A DNA stretch of 64,000 bases, taken from the NCBI GenBank assembly GCA_030704615.1, contig CM060734.1, forward strand, positions 30,318,001-30,382,000, read 5' to 3'. Below, one piece after another: positions 36,300-49,859 of this stretch. The DNA is from Takakia lepidozioides. Its lineage: Eukaryota > Plantae > Bryophyta. The number at the start of each line of letters is the position of its first letter. The stretch's first letter is position 1. Below the pieces are notes generated by a model. That model made no database searches. It had not been told where the DNA came from and was given only the letters and a program-made list of their open reading frames with translations. Position numbers and translations under genes: made by a program.

Positions 36300-36380
36300 A
36301 ACCACCTGGCCCGCGGTTTGGAACATCTCAACGTGACAAAACAAAACAAGACAAAACAAACGTCTCGCTTCATATATTGA
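36300..36380 (-). mobile_element. Helitron-like 5' terminus (A|TCAATATATG)
   Basis: Similar to 44365-44443, the 5' end of the intronic Helitron. Confidence 0.6.
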
Positions 36381-37184
36381 TGCCCGACGTCCTCCTCTTC
36401 CCAATTGGACCGGTTATTTCATTTTTCATCTCAACCATATGACCAGACAGATAATTGCCGATATTAGAGAGAACTTTAAATAATTGTCCAACATTGGTAA
36501 AATTCCACCAAGTTTAGGTACTTGTTGTACGGGGATGGATTAATGTGATACATTGAAGATTACTAGAGAGAGATTACACCAACCAAAGTTTGTGCAAATA
36601 AGTACCCAACGTCAGTTGGGGGAAATTTTGAAGGTAAAAAAAGGAGAGACGATTGGAACGACTAATAGGGATGTAGGAAAGGGTGCAGGAGGGCAGGATG
36701 AAGAAGTGTGTCCAGCCAAGTCCAGGCGCCAACTGTGGGAATGTACACACTTGGTGCGAACGAGGCTCCTAGAAGGTGAGACGGCTAGCCTCGCTGCCCT
36801 GACAGGGTATATAAGGGAGGGTCTCCGCCTCACTTAGTACCCTCTACCTGCTACTAAGAGCACCCCCAACGTAGGTATGCTATGCCATTTCCAATGCCAT
36901 TTTGTCGGGCTGTTTCCCGGATCATGACCCACCGCACCTTGCCAACGCTATATTTTGAGCGTGAGGGACCTACTAATCTTCACCAAAGACCTCCTAAAAA
37001 GTAAAAATATGGAAGAGGTACCATAAGAAAATTATATGTTCGCTCTTCTCTAGAGGACTAGATTAGAATTGATGTGATTGGATACGACCTATACTACCTA
37101 TCTTGTGATTGATACTACCTATACTAGGGCATAGCTAACACACATCCGCTTCTTGTTACATCAAAGGTGGACACAAAGCATATA

Positions 37185-37560
37185 GGGTAACTGTACCTAT
37201 CATTGCACAAACCCCTATCATCGTGCACCCCGGCCCCTATCATTGCGCACCTGTGGACCGCGCAAACCCCTATGATTGCGCATCCCAACGCCTATCACTG
37301 TACACCCGTCGACCGTGCTTAGGGGTTTGCGAATGGTGTGCAATGATAGGGGCAATGATACTTGGTTTTATGAAGATTATATAGGCTCATTTTGCCCAAC
37401 ACTTCAATGCAGTGCATTGGGTTTTGTAAATTTCGAAGTTGGGTTTTGAAGCCAACTTGCCAAACTCCCCCTAGGTCCAAATTTTGCACCATAATATGAT
37501 CATATGAACAAGTTATGGCTTCTCAAAGTCTTAAATGGGCAATGATAGGTACAGTTACCC
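37185..37560. mobile_element. MITE with TA TSD (Tc1/mariner-type by TSD)
   Basis: Perfect 22-bp TIR GGGTAACTGTACCTATCATTGC flanked by TA on both sides; internal CCTATCATTG repeats. Confidence 0.85.
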
Positions 37561-38034
37561 TACATATGATGCCACCCAAATTTAGCCATTTAGCCAAATT
37601 CCATATCTGCCTGTTGGGTTTCAGAATCCAAAAGGCTAACTACTTGAGAAAGAAGCCAGGCCCTTAGTAAAAATCAATTGAAAAAAAGACCCTTGGCACA
37701 ACCGGCAAGCATGATGACCAATCAAAAGAACGAAATAAAGAAATAAAATAAAAATAAAAATAAACTTGTAATAAGAAATGGTTATGAGGGCAGAAAGTTT
37801 GAAAAAGTTTGGATAACCTTGGACCTAGTAGTGGGTGGTGCACTTTCAATGCCCACATGCACTGATCCTCCGATGTATTCATTTATTTTAGGCAAGGGGG
37901 CAACGAGGAAAAAATAACCTCAAGAGGCTTGAACAAGCGGTGGGCCACCCACCCCACTGTCAGCAAGCAACACCAACGCAACAGAGTCTGCAGGCCTAAA
38001 ATCCAAACACTCCCAAGATACTTAGAGAAACTAC

Positions 38035-38387
38035 CAGTGTTGGGCGGTTATTTGATTTTTTTCATAACCTGCGGTTCCTGTTGCTTCAAATTATGGAAAA
38101 CTATTAAACCTGCGGTTGCGGTTATTAAATTTTTTATGGCTAGATATAACCTGCCGGTTAGGGTTACTTGCAAAAACCTCAAATAACTGGTGGTTTTCAT
38201 CAAATAACCGCGGGTATTGGGCGGTTCTTTAAGAGGTTTTTTGCTCGGTTATTCGAATGCGTGACCTCCGCCAGTTCCTAACTGGACCGGTTGCTTCATT
38301 TTTTCACCTCCGCCGGTCATATATACCTATAACTGGATAGGTAACTGCCGGGTATTAGAGAGAAATTCAAATAACCGCCCAACACTG
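38035..38387. mobile_element. hAT-type MITE
   Basis: TIR CAGTGTTGGGCGGTTATTTGA; 8-bp TSD GAAACTAC on both sides. Confidence 0.92.
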
Positions 38388-39465
38388 GAAACTACCTATC
38401 AAGGCAAAACAAGGAGCCAAACACCCAGATTCATAAACCCTAAACCCCTACATCTACCAAATCATTTCGTGTATGCAAGTATCGATACGTAGAAGTACGG
38501 AACCGTACATTTATCCTGAGTATATACGTCCATCCGGGCGGCGCAGCGGCCATGCACGCGCCACGTGGCCATTCCGACGGTGCTCCCAAATGTTGTTCCC
38601 CGAATCACTGCGACGACGTCGATACTGGCAGCACGAGGCGGTCGAGGCCGAGCGATAGCGATGGATGCGCCATCGCTGGCGTGTGATGGCGAAGTCTGCA
38701 GCAGAGGCAGTGGTAGGGGGACGGCCATGGCTCCACATACATGCCAGCTCTACTGTCCCCCACTTTCATTCAACTGTTGGATGCATTCTGGTAGATCTCA
38801 GAAGACGTTATTGCTGCCAAAGCTAGGATGATGTGCAGCAATCTGGATCGATCTGAGATACGGAATTCTGTACTTTGATGTTGTGTTTTCGCAATTCCAG
38901 GATTCGAAGGGAATGGGGAAGGAGGTAGGAGAGATATAGTGCTATTAGTGGTTATTTCTATTGTAAGTACCCCGCTTATTTACAACAGAGAGAGGAGGCG
39001 GAGGGGCGGGACGGAGAGACCACAATAGTTTGTTTCTGGCTGTTTTTAGTTGGCGGGGGCAGGGGGAGAAGAAGCCAGTGGGGACGAGTGTGAAGTCTTT
39101 AGGGGATTGGATTAATGAATTTAAGAGTATACGATGCTTAGCGAGCAAGAGGGAGGAGAGCGAGAGAGATGCTGGTGATAATCCAGTCGTGTCGGATTTT
39201 CGGGACATTAGGTCATCTGTGCACAAAGAGAGAGTCGTTGAGTCCGGCTAGATCGGGGAGGCTTTGAAGGAGATTGACACCAGGAGGAGCAGCAATGCAA
39301 GCATTGGGAAAGATATGGACGTTGGAGGCTTTATGAATCTTTATGCCGTCAATGGCATCCATGGCACATCTTCTGTGAGCTTGCAAGGGATTTGAAAGAT
39401 TCAAGAACTTCAAAAATAAAAATAAAAATCATAGCTGCAATGTAAGGTAAGTTGGGTAAGATACG

Positions 39466-42400
39466 ATGCCAGGAATGGCACTGATGGCCACAACTCCGGT
39501 GAGCTGCAAGAGGTTCACGCCTGTTCCACAAGTCGATGCATTTCCCTCGAGAACTGGGTTGGTTGTGAGGAGGTGGTGTTCCGTTGGCAGGGAAGCATTT
39601 CGCCGATCTTGCTCGAGCAAGCTCTGTCCAGATCTTCTCTGGTACTCTGCAGGAGCTATCGGGAAATTCAGCATCTGTGCAAATATGTGCAACGTGTCCC
39701 TCTCGGAAGGATGGCGTTACAAGGAAGACCGGAAGGACAAGGATGAGAGTTTGGCAGGGTTGGAGCCAATCAGAACGCTCATTCTGGACAACTACGACAG
39801 TTACACCTACAACCTGTTTCAGTTACTCTCCGTCGTCAATGGAGGTCAGTTGAAGAGATTGAGCTACATCAAATGTATGCTTGAATGCAAGACATGTTTA
39901 GGTAGAGCTTATCCGGACAACTTTTGCAGGCATTAAGCTGATTTGAAGCTCAACAATGGAGATATATATATTCTGTAGTTGGAGACTACGGAGCTGTTCA
40001 GGGAGGCTTCAGTGACATGAGTATTGTTTCCCACGAAATGCCGAAATTCTTATTAGTTACGAAAAGGGAGGGATACTTCCTAGCATATTTGAAGGGTTTT
40101 TGCTACAATTGAATTTACCCTGACATGCTACCAGTGGGTCTTTTTCTCTGATGGATGAGGGCAGTGGTGCCGGTGGTGTTAAAGAATGATGAAATTACTT
40201 GGGAGCAGCTGCGACATCTGCTATACATAGAGCGTGCTTTCCACAATGTTGTTATATCCCCAGGACCTGGATCCCCAACCTGTGCAGATGATATTGGTAG
40301 GTGTTATTACCACTACAAATTTTCCTGTGCATTAGGATTCCAGGGACAGGGTTTCCATCTCTTGCAACTTATTGTGAGGCTACAATGTCGAACAAAGGAA
40401 TGTAGTGGGCCTTCTCTGGAGCTGAAGGCCAGAGTCTTTCTGGATCACTAACTGGTTCAACAGCATGGAGTTAAACACACTCCTTGTGAGGCTATATCAC
40501 TAGCTTCCTTGGATGTATGAGGCATGCAGTATTTCAAGCCATGTTTGATAGAGAAACCACTATATGCAGGCATGCCATGGCAATTCCAAAACCCTATTTA
40601 GGGTTTATGAATTCTGGACTTTTATGAACCATTCCAGATTATGTTGAGGTCCCCTATCTTTGCTGCACCTGAAGTCAAGTATTTTCCTTACTGCTCCATT
40701 CAGCAAGCTAAAATGGCTTGCTGAAGTTGGTTATTTGAGCTCTGATGGGAAGCTTGGGCCTGCCGCGGCAGGAATATGCATGCAGTTGCTACAGGAGTGC
40801 CAGGACATTCCCATCCTCGGTGTTTGCTTGGGCCACCAGGTTTTCCATCCCTTTCCACTTTGAACTCACACAATAGTCTAGGGTTTATCAGAAGGGGGTT
40901 TAACTGCATGTTGTCTTCTATGATCTGCAAAATAGTTGTTCAGAATCTATTGGAAGGTGGGTGATAACTGTTGTCCTTAAGTGGGAAGTGGAAGAGGAGG
41001 GACAGGGCAAGACAGCTGGTTTGGGTAGCGTTTGCCAATGTAGTTGAGTGCAACTTCCAGAGACATGTCGCTACAGTACAACCAACACAGTGGTGCATTC
41101 CTGGGTTTGCAGGCTTTGGGATTTGCTCATGGGGCCAAGGTTGTACATGCCCCCGAGCCCATCCATGGCCGTCTGAGGTGTGCCTCTGGTTCTGTTTCTT
41201 TGGCCATGTCTCTTGATATGTGCTTCCATTTGTTGCCAGAGCAGCCTCGGTGCAAGTGTGGGCCTTTACATCTTACGCCCACATGTCGGAGAATGCTTTA
41301 TGTTGTCCATGCCCATTATCACATTCAGCCTGTACAAAGCTCTTTGGCTTATCGGAGTATGTTAGGATAGAGGAAATATCTATCACCTGCTATTGAGATG
41401 ACTGTGGATTGATTACGGTTTGGTTGGACCGGTCAATGCAGCGAAATTGAGCACACTGGGCATCCACTTTTCAAGAACATCCCTTCTGGTGCTGGTTCAG
41501 GATTCAAGGTAGGTATTGCACTCCTCAGATGTCCAGTTTATGTTGCTTGTTCGTAATTCTTTGTTGCTGATCATTATGGGGAGAAATGCCACAAAGTTTG
41601 ACTCTTTGTGGTTTCTATGTTGCCTAGTTTTGCAACTTTTCAGAGAGGGAGGCCAGATGAATCAAACAAAACATAGGAAAGATTCCTGAGTTGTTTGGCA
41701 GTTTCCTCTCCTCAAATGCAGGTGGAGTTTCCAGATTTTCTAAGAGTGCACTACGTCCATGTAGGTTGTCCGATACCACTCCTTAATGATTGATGCAGCC
41801 TCGCTGCCAGACGATCTGATTCCAACAGCTTGGACGGTGCTTTCAGAGGGCTCCCAGTTCCCCAGTTGCTCCGACAAAGCTTCATCTGCTGGCTTCTGTC
41901 AGGGGCCCCAGTCATTTGAGGGGGGGCTAAGCTGGCCGTACAAGGGTGCATCAAAGGAAAACCTTATATATGGGAGCCCGGGTATGTCTAATGGTGTTCC
42001 CATGCAATCCAATTCCGACAACGACAAAGGTATGGTGATGCACCTGCAAGATGGCACGCTAATGTGGCCAACGCGGGGCTCACTCCCAGACGTGGTTCTT
42101 GGGGACCTTCCAAGTGGGCAGCCCTGGTTGGCTGAGCTACCTGAGGTGACATGCAACAAGAAGCAGGCAGTTGTTCTTATGGCTGTGTCTCATCGCAGTC
42201 GCCCCCATCATGGGGTTCAGGTACAGATGTCGCCTCCGATGCCGTCTTTTTGCTCACTCCTAGTCCAAAGTGCTCCTTCTATAAACAAATCCGAGGAAGA
42301 GATTTGCCTTGCATTTGTCTGTCTAGTTCCTTTCAACTAGTTAAATCTCTCCTCAAGTCTGCATTCATTCTGTCTTTCCTGTCTTTCTGCTTCTCTTTAT

Positions 42401-45400
42401 CCTTCTATATCTTCTGGACTTACAGCCAATTTTTTTGGGTATTGCAATTGCCAGTTTCATCCAGAGAGTGTGGCTACAGCTCATGGAAGGCAGATTCTGG
42501 AAAACTTTTGCAACATGACGCGTGAGTATTGGCAAGAATCCTTGCCATTTAAGCAGGTAATACCTCCCTCCCATGCATGGCACGCCGTTTACTCTGTTAG
42601 TTTTGACAGGGCTTCCTTTAGGAGATCATGGCTTAACAGGAGGTCCGCAACAATGGCCCCCCTGGCTACCTGTCTAGCTAGAAGACTGTGAATTAGTACA
42701 TTGATGAACAGCGAAGTTACAGTGAGCATGTGGGAGCCCAAATGTAAACGGTTACTGATGGTTGTTGCACCTAACTCCAGGGCTAGGATCGTTGTGAACC
42801 TTTGGTTGTGGATATGTATGTTGCAGGTTGAGAAGATTTTAAAGCAAGGAGCACCAGTAACAGCACTGGTAGCTTCTCCTCCTGTGGTATTCATGTCGGT
42901 TGCAACCCCTGAGGGTGAGCCTACTATGGATGAGGCCCATGCTGATCAAGTTTGCCATGACCATGCTGCCAGTGGAGCGACACCTTCTCACTTGTTAGCA
43001 AAAGAAATTCCAAAAAAGGATGATATGGAGGAGAGTCTTCTGAGATGCACTCAAGGCTTGCAGCCTATTTCAGTCCATGTCTCCTGGCAAAAGCTTTCAG
43101 GGTTTGCAGGAAGGGCTGGAGGGTCTGAAAATATCTTTTGTGAGTTGTTTGGGAGAGGCACGGCGGAGGATACGTTCTGGTTGGACAGTTCTACTCGCGA
43201 CCAGGTAGGATAGGGTTGTATTGTATTAGTCCAGAAATAAGGATATTTTGGCAGGCAGGAAAGTCAGGAGTGATATTAGATGATGACCAGTCAAGACTGC
43301 AGGAGTAAGCATGTAAAGGAAGAAAGAGCTTATGTATACTTTCAGTGGTACAGGGTGGAGCACGGTTTTCGTATATGGGAGGAAAAGGTGGGCCATTGTG
43401 GCGGCGAGTCACCTACTCCATTTTTCCTGATTCTTTGTAAGTGCACCTCTCATACAACACTCTTTCCCTCTCCGTCGTCTTTCCATCTCTCTGGCACAGT
43501 TCCAGCAGTGACAAGGCCACAACAAGTGTGTCTTTTTTGGTGTCTTTCATACGCCATTCTAAGTTGAAAAGTTGTTCTTTCATTTGGTTGCTTGCTAGCT
43601 GCATAAGGTACTAGGGTAGCCTGTGCCGTTGGCCCAAGTGTTCAGTGTCATCTAAGTCCAAGTGCAATCCTCTATGTATCCAAGTGCGTCTCCTATGTCG
43701 AGGCCCAAATGCGACCTCTAGGGTAGCATGTGCCGTGGGCCCAAGTGTTAAGTGTCATTTAAGTCCAAGTGTAAGATCTTATATGTATCGCCGGCCCAAG
43801 TGCAACCTTTAGGATAGCCTACACCTTTGGCCCATGTGTGAAGATTTGAAAATCTAAGACCAAGTGCAATTTCCTATGTATCCCAGTGCGTCTCCTATGT
43901 TGAGGCCCAAGTGCGACCTCTAGTGTAGCCTATGCCGTCGGTCCATGTGTGAAGAATTGAAATCTAAGACCAAGTGCAATTTCCTATGTATCCAAGTGTG
44001 TCTCCCATGTCGAGGCCCATCTAAGCCCAAGTGCAATCTTCTACTCATGTATCCAAGTGCATCTCCCATGTAGAGGCCCAAGTGTCTGGAGTCCAAGTGC
44101 AATCTCCTATGTATCCAAGTACGTCTCCCATGTCAAGGCCCAATTCATTTTTTTCCATAGTAATATATCCGATCATTATTGATATATCCCCCGTCGAGGC
44201 TCCAATCATTGTCCCAGGAAAGCCCACTTTGCTATTTTCCGCGAATTTCCCTCGACCAAAAGTACTTGAAATTTGACATCTCCCACACCGTAGATCCAAA
44301 AATCATGAGACCAAGCCCGTGCACCCCTCCTCGTCGAGGGCTTTCCAATGGTACCAATCACCAGGGCTGGGGCCTCGCGGTTTGGGACATCTCAACGTGA
44401 CAAAAGAAACAAAACAAACAAACTGCCTTCCTTCATATATTGATTTGTTGGTCGGTGCTATATGTATTATACAGAGCTTAAGTAGCCTTCATTGGTTTTT
44501 TAATAGAGGAGGAACAGGAGCGGGTGGAGCAGTGAGGATTGAAGATACAGCTGGCAACATTGAGCAAAGAGTTTTGGAGGAGGGATTTTTTGATTTTCTC
44601 AACAAGGTGGCCTTTTCAGTTTGCCTGTGATGTAATTGCACTGCCTCAGGGAGTAGCTGAGTGTAGACCAGTTTATGTGCTTCTGTGCAGACTTCGTGTT
44701 AGTAGCTACATGTTCATTTCATCAAGGAAGACAACTGTGGAAATGGCAAGAAATGTTTTTGATCTACTTAATAACAGAAAGGTGTTGGTGATTGGCAGGA
44801 GTTGCAATTGCGATCCTGCCCAGAGGCTGATTACGAAGGCCTTCCCTTTGACTTTTGTGGTGGTTTTGTTGGCTACTTAGGGTGAGTGCCTGTGTCTTGC
44901 TTTACCTTGTAGCTACTTCAAATATGATCAACTTCCTGTTCTTACTCTCGGGTTAAAAGTGCATGTTGCTCCTGCCTCAATGCACTGTTATTTGGTATTC
45001 TTGCTCTTCCCTTTCTCATTCTTGGGTGATCTGAAATATAGGTGTGGCGCAACTTGTTTGCAGGTATGAGCTGAAAGTGGAATGTGGTGCTAGATGTAAC
45101 CGTCACAGATCCTCACTGCCTGATGCTGCCCTGTTCTTGGCTGACCGGGCAGTTGTGATTGACCACACAAATGAGGATATCTATTTTTTGGCCTTGTTTG
45201 AGGATCCATCCTCATTGCACCAGAGTGTAATGGAAGGCATCGGTAGATCCAGCCAGGAGGACAAAGGAAACGTGAGCAAAATCTCTCTCCCTGTCTTGGA
45301 AAATGGAAGATATTGCAATGGCAGGCCCTCTTTTAGGGGGAATGGGCTAGCTAACTCTAGCAGCTGTCTGAATGGCCATCTCAGTCATGAAAAAGAGACT

Positions 45401-46787
45401 GGAGGGTTAGACACAAACTTGGAATCTCAAAAGAGGGATGCTGAAGCCTGGGTGAACTTTACAAAAAAAAGAGTAGAAACTATGCGTCAGAGAGGGATGG
45501 ATCTGGCATCTGAGAGGAGACATTCATTGCATTTGTCATCTTCTACTGATGCTGGGGAGGAAGTGGTTACACCCCCATTTGTCCTACAGAAGTCGAGGGC
45601 CACATACATCAGTGACATAAATGAATGCAAGCGCCACATTTGCAACGGGGAAAGCTATGAAATATGCCTGACAACTCAACTTCGGAGAGAGACTAAGGCT
45701 CTAGACACTCTTGGACTCTATCTGACACTCCGCAAAACAAACCCTGCCCCTTATGCGGCATGGCTCCATTTTGGAGAGGATGGCCCCCGTATTTGTTGTT
45801 CTTCACCGGAGAGGTTTTTACGATTGGATCGCACTGGTACACTGGAGGCAAAGCCTATCAAGGGAACCCTACCCCGTGGCAGCTCACCACTCGAGGATGA
45901 GAGGCTCCGTTATGAGTTGCAACACAGGTGATCTCTTGGCTTACGTCTTCATTACATGTTGGGAGGTGATTTCAGCGAGGGTGTTGTTTACTTCAGATGG
46001 CTACTAGTGTGGATTCTCAGCTTTCATTGCGTATGCAGCTTGGACTTTGTGAATTAATCTATCCAAGTTCTACAGCACTTCTTGGCCTCAAAAGAATACA
46101 GTGCTCTCTCCCTCCTCCCTCCTCCCTCCTCCCTCCCTCTATTTTCTCCCACCTTACAGGGTGATGGGTGTCAGGCTTCATGTGAGGGCACTGTTTCTGT
46201 TGGATTCTCACCAGACCTACTTGTTGGGTGTGATGTGGGTTTGCAGTGAGAAAGACCACGCGGAGAATTTGATGATTGTTGACCTTTTGAGAAACGACTT
46301 GGGCCGTGTGTGTGTGCCAGGTTCTGTTCATGTACCAAGCCTTATGGCAGTGGAGTCCTACACAACTGTGCATACCCTTGTCAGCACAGTCAGGGGTGAA
46401 AAGAGGAGTGATATCACCCCTATTGAATGCATCCGTGCAGCATTTCCAGGAGGTTCTATGACTGGGGCACCTAAATTGAGGACTATGGAAATACTAGATT
46501 CAATCGAGAGTGGCCCCAGGGGGGTTTATTCAGGCACAGTAGGTTTTTTGTCATTTAATAGGGCGTTTGATTTGAACATTGTGATAAGGACGCTGGTGAT
46601 ATCAGAGGGGGAGGTTAGTATTGGGGCTGGTGGCGCAGTTACTGCACTCTCCGACCCTGAAGCAGAGTATCAGGAAATGTTGTTAAAAACCAAGGCCCCA
46701 ATTCGGGCCATTGCCGAGTTTGAAGGGGAACGCAGTGCCACCAGCAGTCAAGGGCAAAAAGGGGCTGCCTCAGCCTTATCAACTTGA
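39466..46787 (+). CDS. ADCS: Aminodeoxychorismate synthase (PabA-PabB fusion, probably plastid-targeted). 13 exons: 39466-39844, 40165-40296, 40772-40839, 41113-41177, 41442-41508, 41765-42220, 42455-42556, 42827-43204, 43354-43436, 44507-44606, 44799-44881, 45064-45927, 46247-46787
   Basis: GATase motifs [38 protein letters not shown]. PabB motifs [46 protein letters not shown]. All introns GT-AG with consistent phase. Confidence 0.95.
43611..44443 (-). mobile_element. Non-autonomous Helitron in ADCS intron 9
   Basis: Minus strand A|TC...imperfect hairpin (CTTGGGCC-AAC-GGCACAGG)-CTACC-CTAG|T; no TSD; CCAAGTG sub-repeats. Confidence 0.8.
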
Positions 46788-47767
46788 TTTGATTGGTTGT
46801 TTTTCGGGTCACAAGTGTGATGCGTGATGGGTGCTTTTTGTTCTTCCTGTTGTAGGTGCTGAGAGTCCTGCATCCTTATGTGTCTAGTGTGTTGCTGTCA
46901 CATAGTTCAATCCCCATTTCACCCTGTCAATTTTGCAATGTATCTCCATGTGATATGAGAGAGTATCCAATAGAGTGGTTACAGTGCACTAAGTGGTTGT
47001 GGGTTTAAAGCCACATTTGGTGTATGTTGGGTGCCATCCATTATATAGCCAAATCAGCTATAAGGGGGTTGCTGGGTTAACCGGACATCCATGTGCAAAT
47101 CCTTGGGGGAGGTTTGGGCAACCACAATGACTAGTTATGGCCACTGGATGTATGTTCTATCTACAAGACACTAGGCTGTCCGGCTGTAACGCGAACAGTT
47201 AATGACAAGGAGAATGACACTGATGATCAGTTACACTCTGCTCCATGTTCTTTCTAATGCATTCCACTTGAAGTGTGTTCTTGCGGTTGGATCAAAATGC
47301 ATCTGAAGGGAGCTGAAGTTGCAGCTGGAGAGTCTCACAATGTTTTCCTTTTCAACATATAAAAGCTAGCAGGAGACTTGGACTTACCACAATTTCTGGG
47401 GATGCACACCAAGCCAGGACCAACCAGCCAGATCACATACTGTTGTTGAAGGCAATCCTTATGAAATGATAGACAGGATTCAATTCTCCACCAAGGCAAA
47501 TCTTCTCTCTCTATACTATCATGCCATCTTCTCCATGACACTGTCTCTTTCCCACCCTCTACCTTTCAACCTGTCTAAGCACGTCTGAGACAGATTGTTG
47601 AGAATAGAAGCTGGACTTCAGGCAGATTACATTTGCAAAAGTCAGAAGATTAAATCCATAGAAATGGTGATCCAAAATGTTTTCAGAAACAAAGCCTCAC
47701 AATACACCATGGTGAGGTGCCACTTAGAGCTTGTTATAATGTCTGACTAGAGCGAACCCACAAGAGC

Positions 47768-48295
47768 CTATAGCAACCCTTGCAGAGACTCGCTTCTTGC
47801 AGGTTTGGAAGACAGTGGAAATGTCACCTCAGGAGCCGGCACCCAGTCGTTCATGGCAGGATTACTCTTGTTTTTTGTCTTGAAAGCTGACTCCCCATAG
47901 TCAGGAGCGAGGTGAAATCCTTGGTTGCTCCCCTGATTGTCCATTTTGATGAAGCCAGTTCCGGTGGTGTAGTGTTCCTTGCCGATTGCGTCCAGGTCCT
48001 TGTAGTAATCATTCTCCACGTAGTCGTCTCCACTCACTACTCCTGGTCCGTTCATCTGCAGAGGCTCTGAGTGCGCTTCTAATTCCTCGAAGCGATGGAG
48101 CTCGGGAATGTCTGAAGGAACTTCGAAGTCAAGAGAAGCATCCTCAAACTCGCTGCGCGAAGGCTTGTGTGCTCTCTTTGGGGCAGCTTCCTCCATCAAC
48201 TTCTGCACTTCCTCTCTTACCCGTTCTTGTTCTTCCAAAGTACCAATCTCATCGCTTCTGCTGGGCTTCGGCGGTTGTGCTATCTCTCCCCCCAT
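47768..48295 (-). CDS. MEE59: MATERNAL EFFECT EMBRYO ARREST 59-like protein
   Basis: Three KPxRS(D/E) motifs, YYKDLDAIGKEHYTTGTGFI and KSNPAMNDW, recognised from memory of the plant family. ATG at 48295. Confidence 0.75.
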   Translation of the reverse strand: MGGEIAQPPKPSRSDEIGTLEEQERVREEVQKLMEEAAPKRAHKPSRSEFEDASLDFEVPSDIPELHRFEELEAHSEPLQMNGPGVVSGDDYVENDYYKDLDAIGKEHYTTGTGFIKMDNQGSNQGFHLAPDYGESAFKTKNKSNPAMNDWVPAPEVTFPLSSKPARSESLQGLL

Positions 48296-49859
48296 ACTCG
48301 TCACCAAATCCCGCGCTGGCAAGCTATGTGTACTCCGCAAACACCCTCTGCGATCCTCAACTCTTCAAGTCTTCCTGCAACAACGTCCCTCAAGCAGGCA
48401 GTAAGTTACAAACCAGGAACTCTATGCTACTTAACCCCAACTTGGTCTACATACTTGATCTTCCTCTCTACCCTCCAAGACTACAATCTCACCTCTGGCT
48501 TTCAATTTCGCTTCCGAGTCAACGATCCACAAAGCCCCTATAACCGTCAGCCCCTTCTTGACTCTTCCTTCACATGGACCCGAGCAGAACCTTCCACGAC
48601 TAGAAGGAGAGGCGAACTGCTGACAACTCCCCAGCGGATCACGTAAGATGTTTGTTGTTCGTGCGTAATTGGACATGGGGTCGTATTACAGCTGCCACCC
48701 AAGGTTTCTCAGGGTTTGGCCCTTCACTTGTCCAGGGAGTTTGCCACATTGCACCACGTGGCACGTTTTTCTTGGCTATCCTATCGACATCTGTGTAGCC
48801 CGAGTAATACTCCCCTATTCCAATTACGTTCGATAATGGCCACCTGTTGACCCTGCTCGCGGCCCCGCCGCTCGCCGGGTCCGCCCGGTGGCCATTATCT
48901 AGTACATATCCTGTCGGTGCGCTCAAACATTTCTTATTACAGTCGGGATATTCTGCGATAAGGCACTCCCTGCCGCGTCACTCATTCCGGGCCCACACAT
49001 TTTCCTTCACCTCGTCACTGTTCTCGTGTTCGCATCAACCAAACATAAAATCCGTACAGCTTTTTATAAAATACCGAGTCGCATGTCGCATCTTGTCGAC
49101 TGGACTCGGGATGCTCGATAGTCTCAAATTTGTCGCATCCTGATTCCTTATTAACAAAAGCCTTGCAGCTGACATGGCACGAGGAGGCCATAGCCGATCT
49201 TAACCGACGATACGGGCCACCTAATCGAATATCCTGTCACTATAACCTATGAAGGAAATATTTACACTTTGAACTCGAGCCGGCTGTTCCTACTACGCGA
49301 GAAGACAAGCTACTCTGTGAACACACATGGAGGAACTGTGGGAGGTGGAGAAGTATGGTGGGCTTGATGTGGTAGAGAGGTAAGCTCTCTCCCTCTTATG
49401 AATATGTCTCCCTTCATTATGAGTCTCTCACAAAGTGGGAAAGGGCATTTCTACAAAGTAATGAGATAATGAGGAAGTGGAATGTGCATAAGAACTACCA
49501 ATTCTTCTTTATGTCCGTGTGTTTAGCGACGGTTCTTGTGTGTGTATGTATTTGGCATCTGTGCTGTTTGCGACATTTAGATTCTGATGGATCCGGAGCA
49601 TCGCTTTGTGTTAAAATCTTATATGGCCCATCCACCAACAGCTGTTGTTCTTATGGTTTATACATTTATTGTTGTTTGATTTGTTGTTGTGAACAAGAAG
49701 CACATCTGCCATGGACTTTGTGGAGCCATAATTCGCATCATCAATATCAACATTGCATTGCAGATCCTGCTTCGTAGCCGTATTGAGGTGAGCCCAATGT
49801 ATAATGTTTCTATTGATTGGATATTCCTAATTTCCTTCCTTTCCTCCGTAGTCACACAA

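Noticed and set aside
36520-37165. Possible solo LTR (TATA-like GGGTATATAAGGG, TG/CA candidates)
   Set aside because: No consistent TSD and no second copy.
43620-44140. CRISPR-like regularly spaced repeats
   Set aside because: Degenerate Helitron sub-repeats in a eukaryotic intron; no unique spacers and no cas genes.
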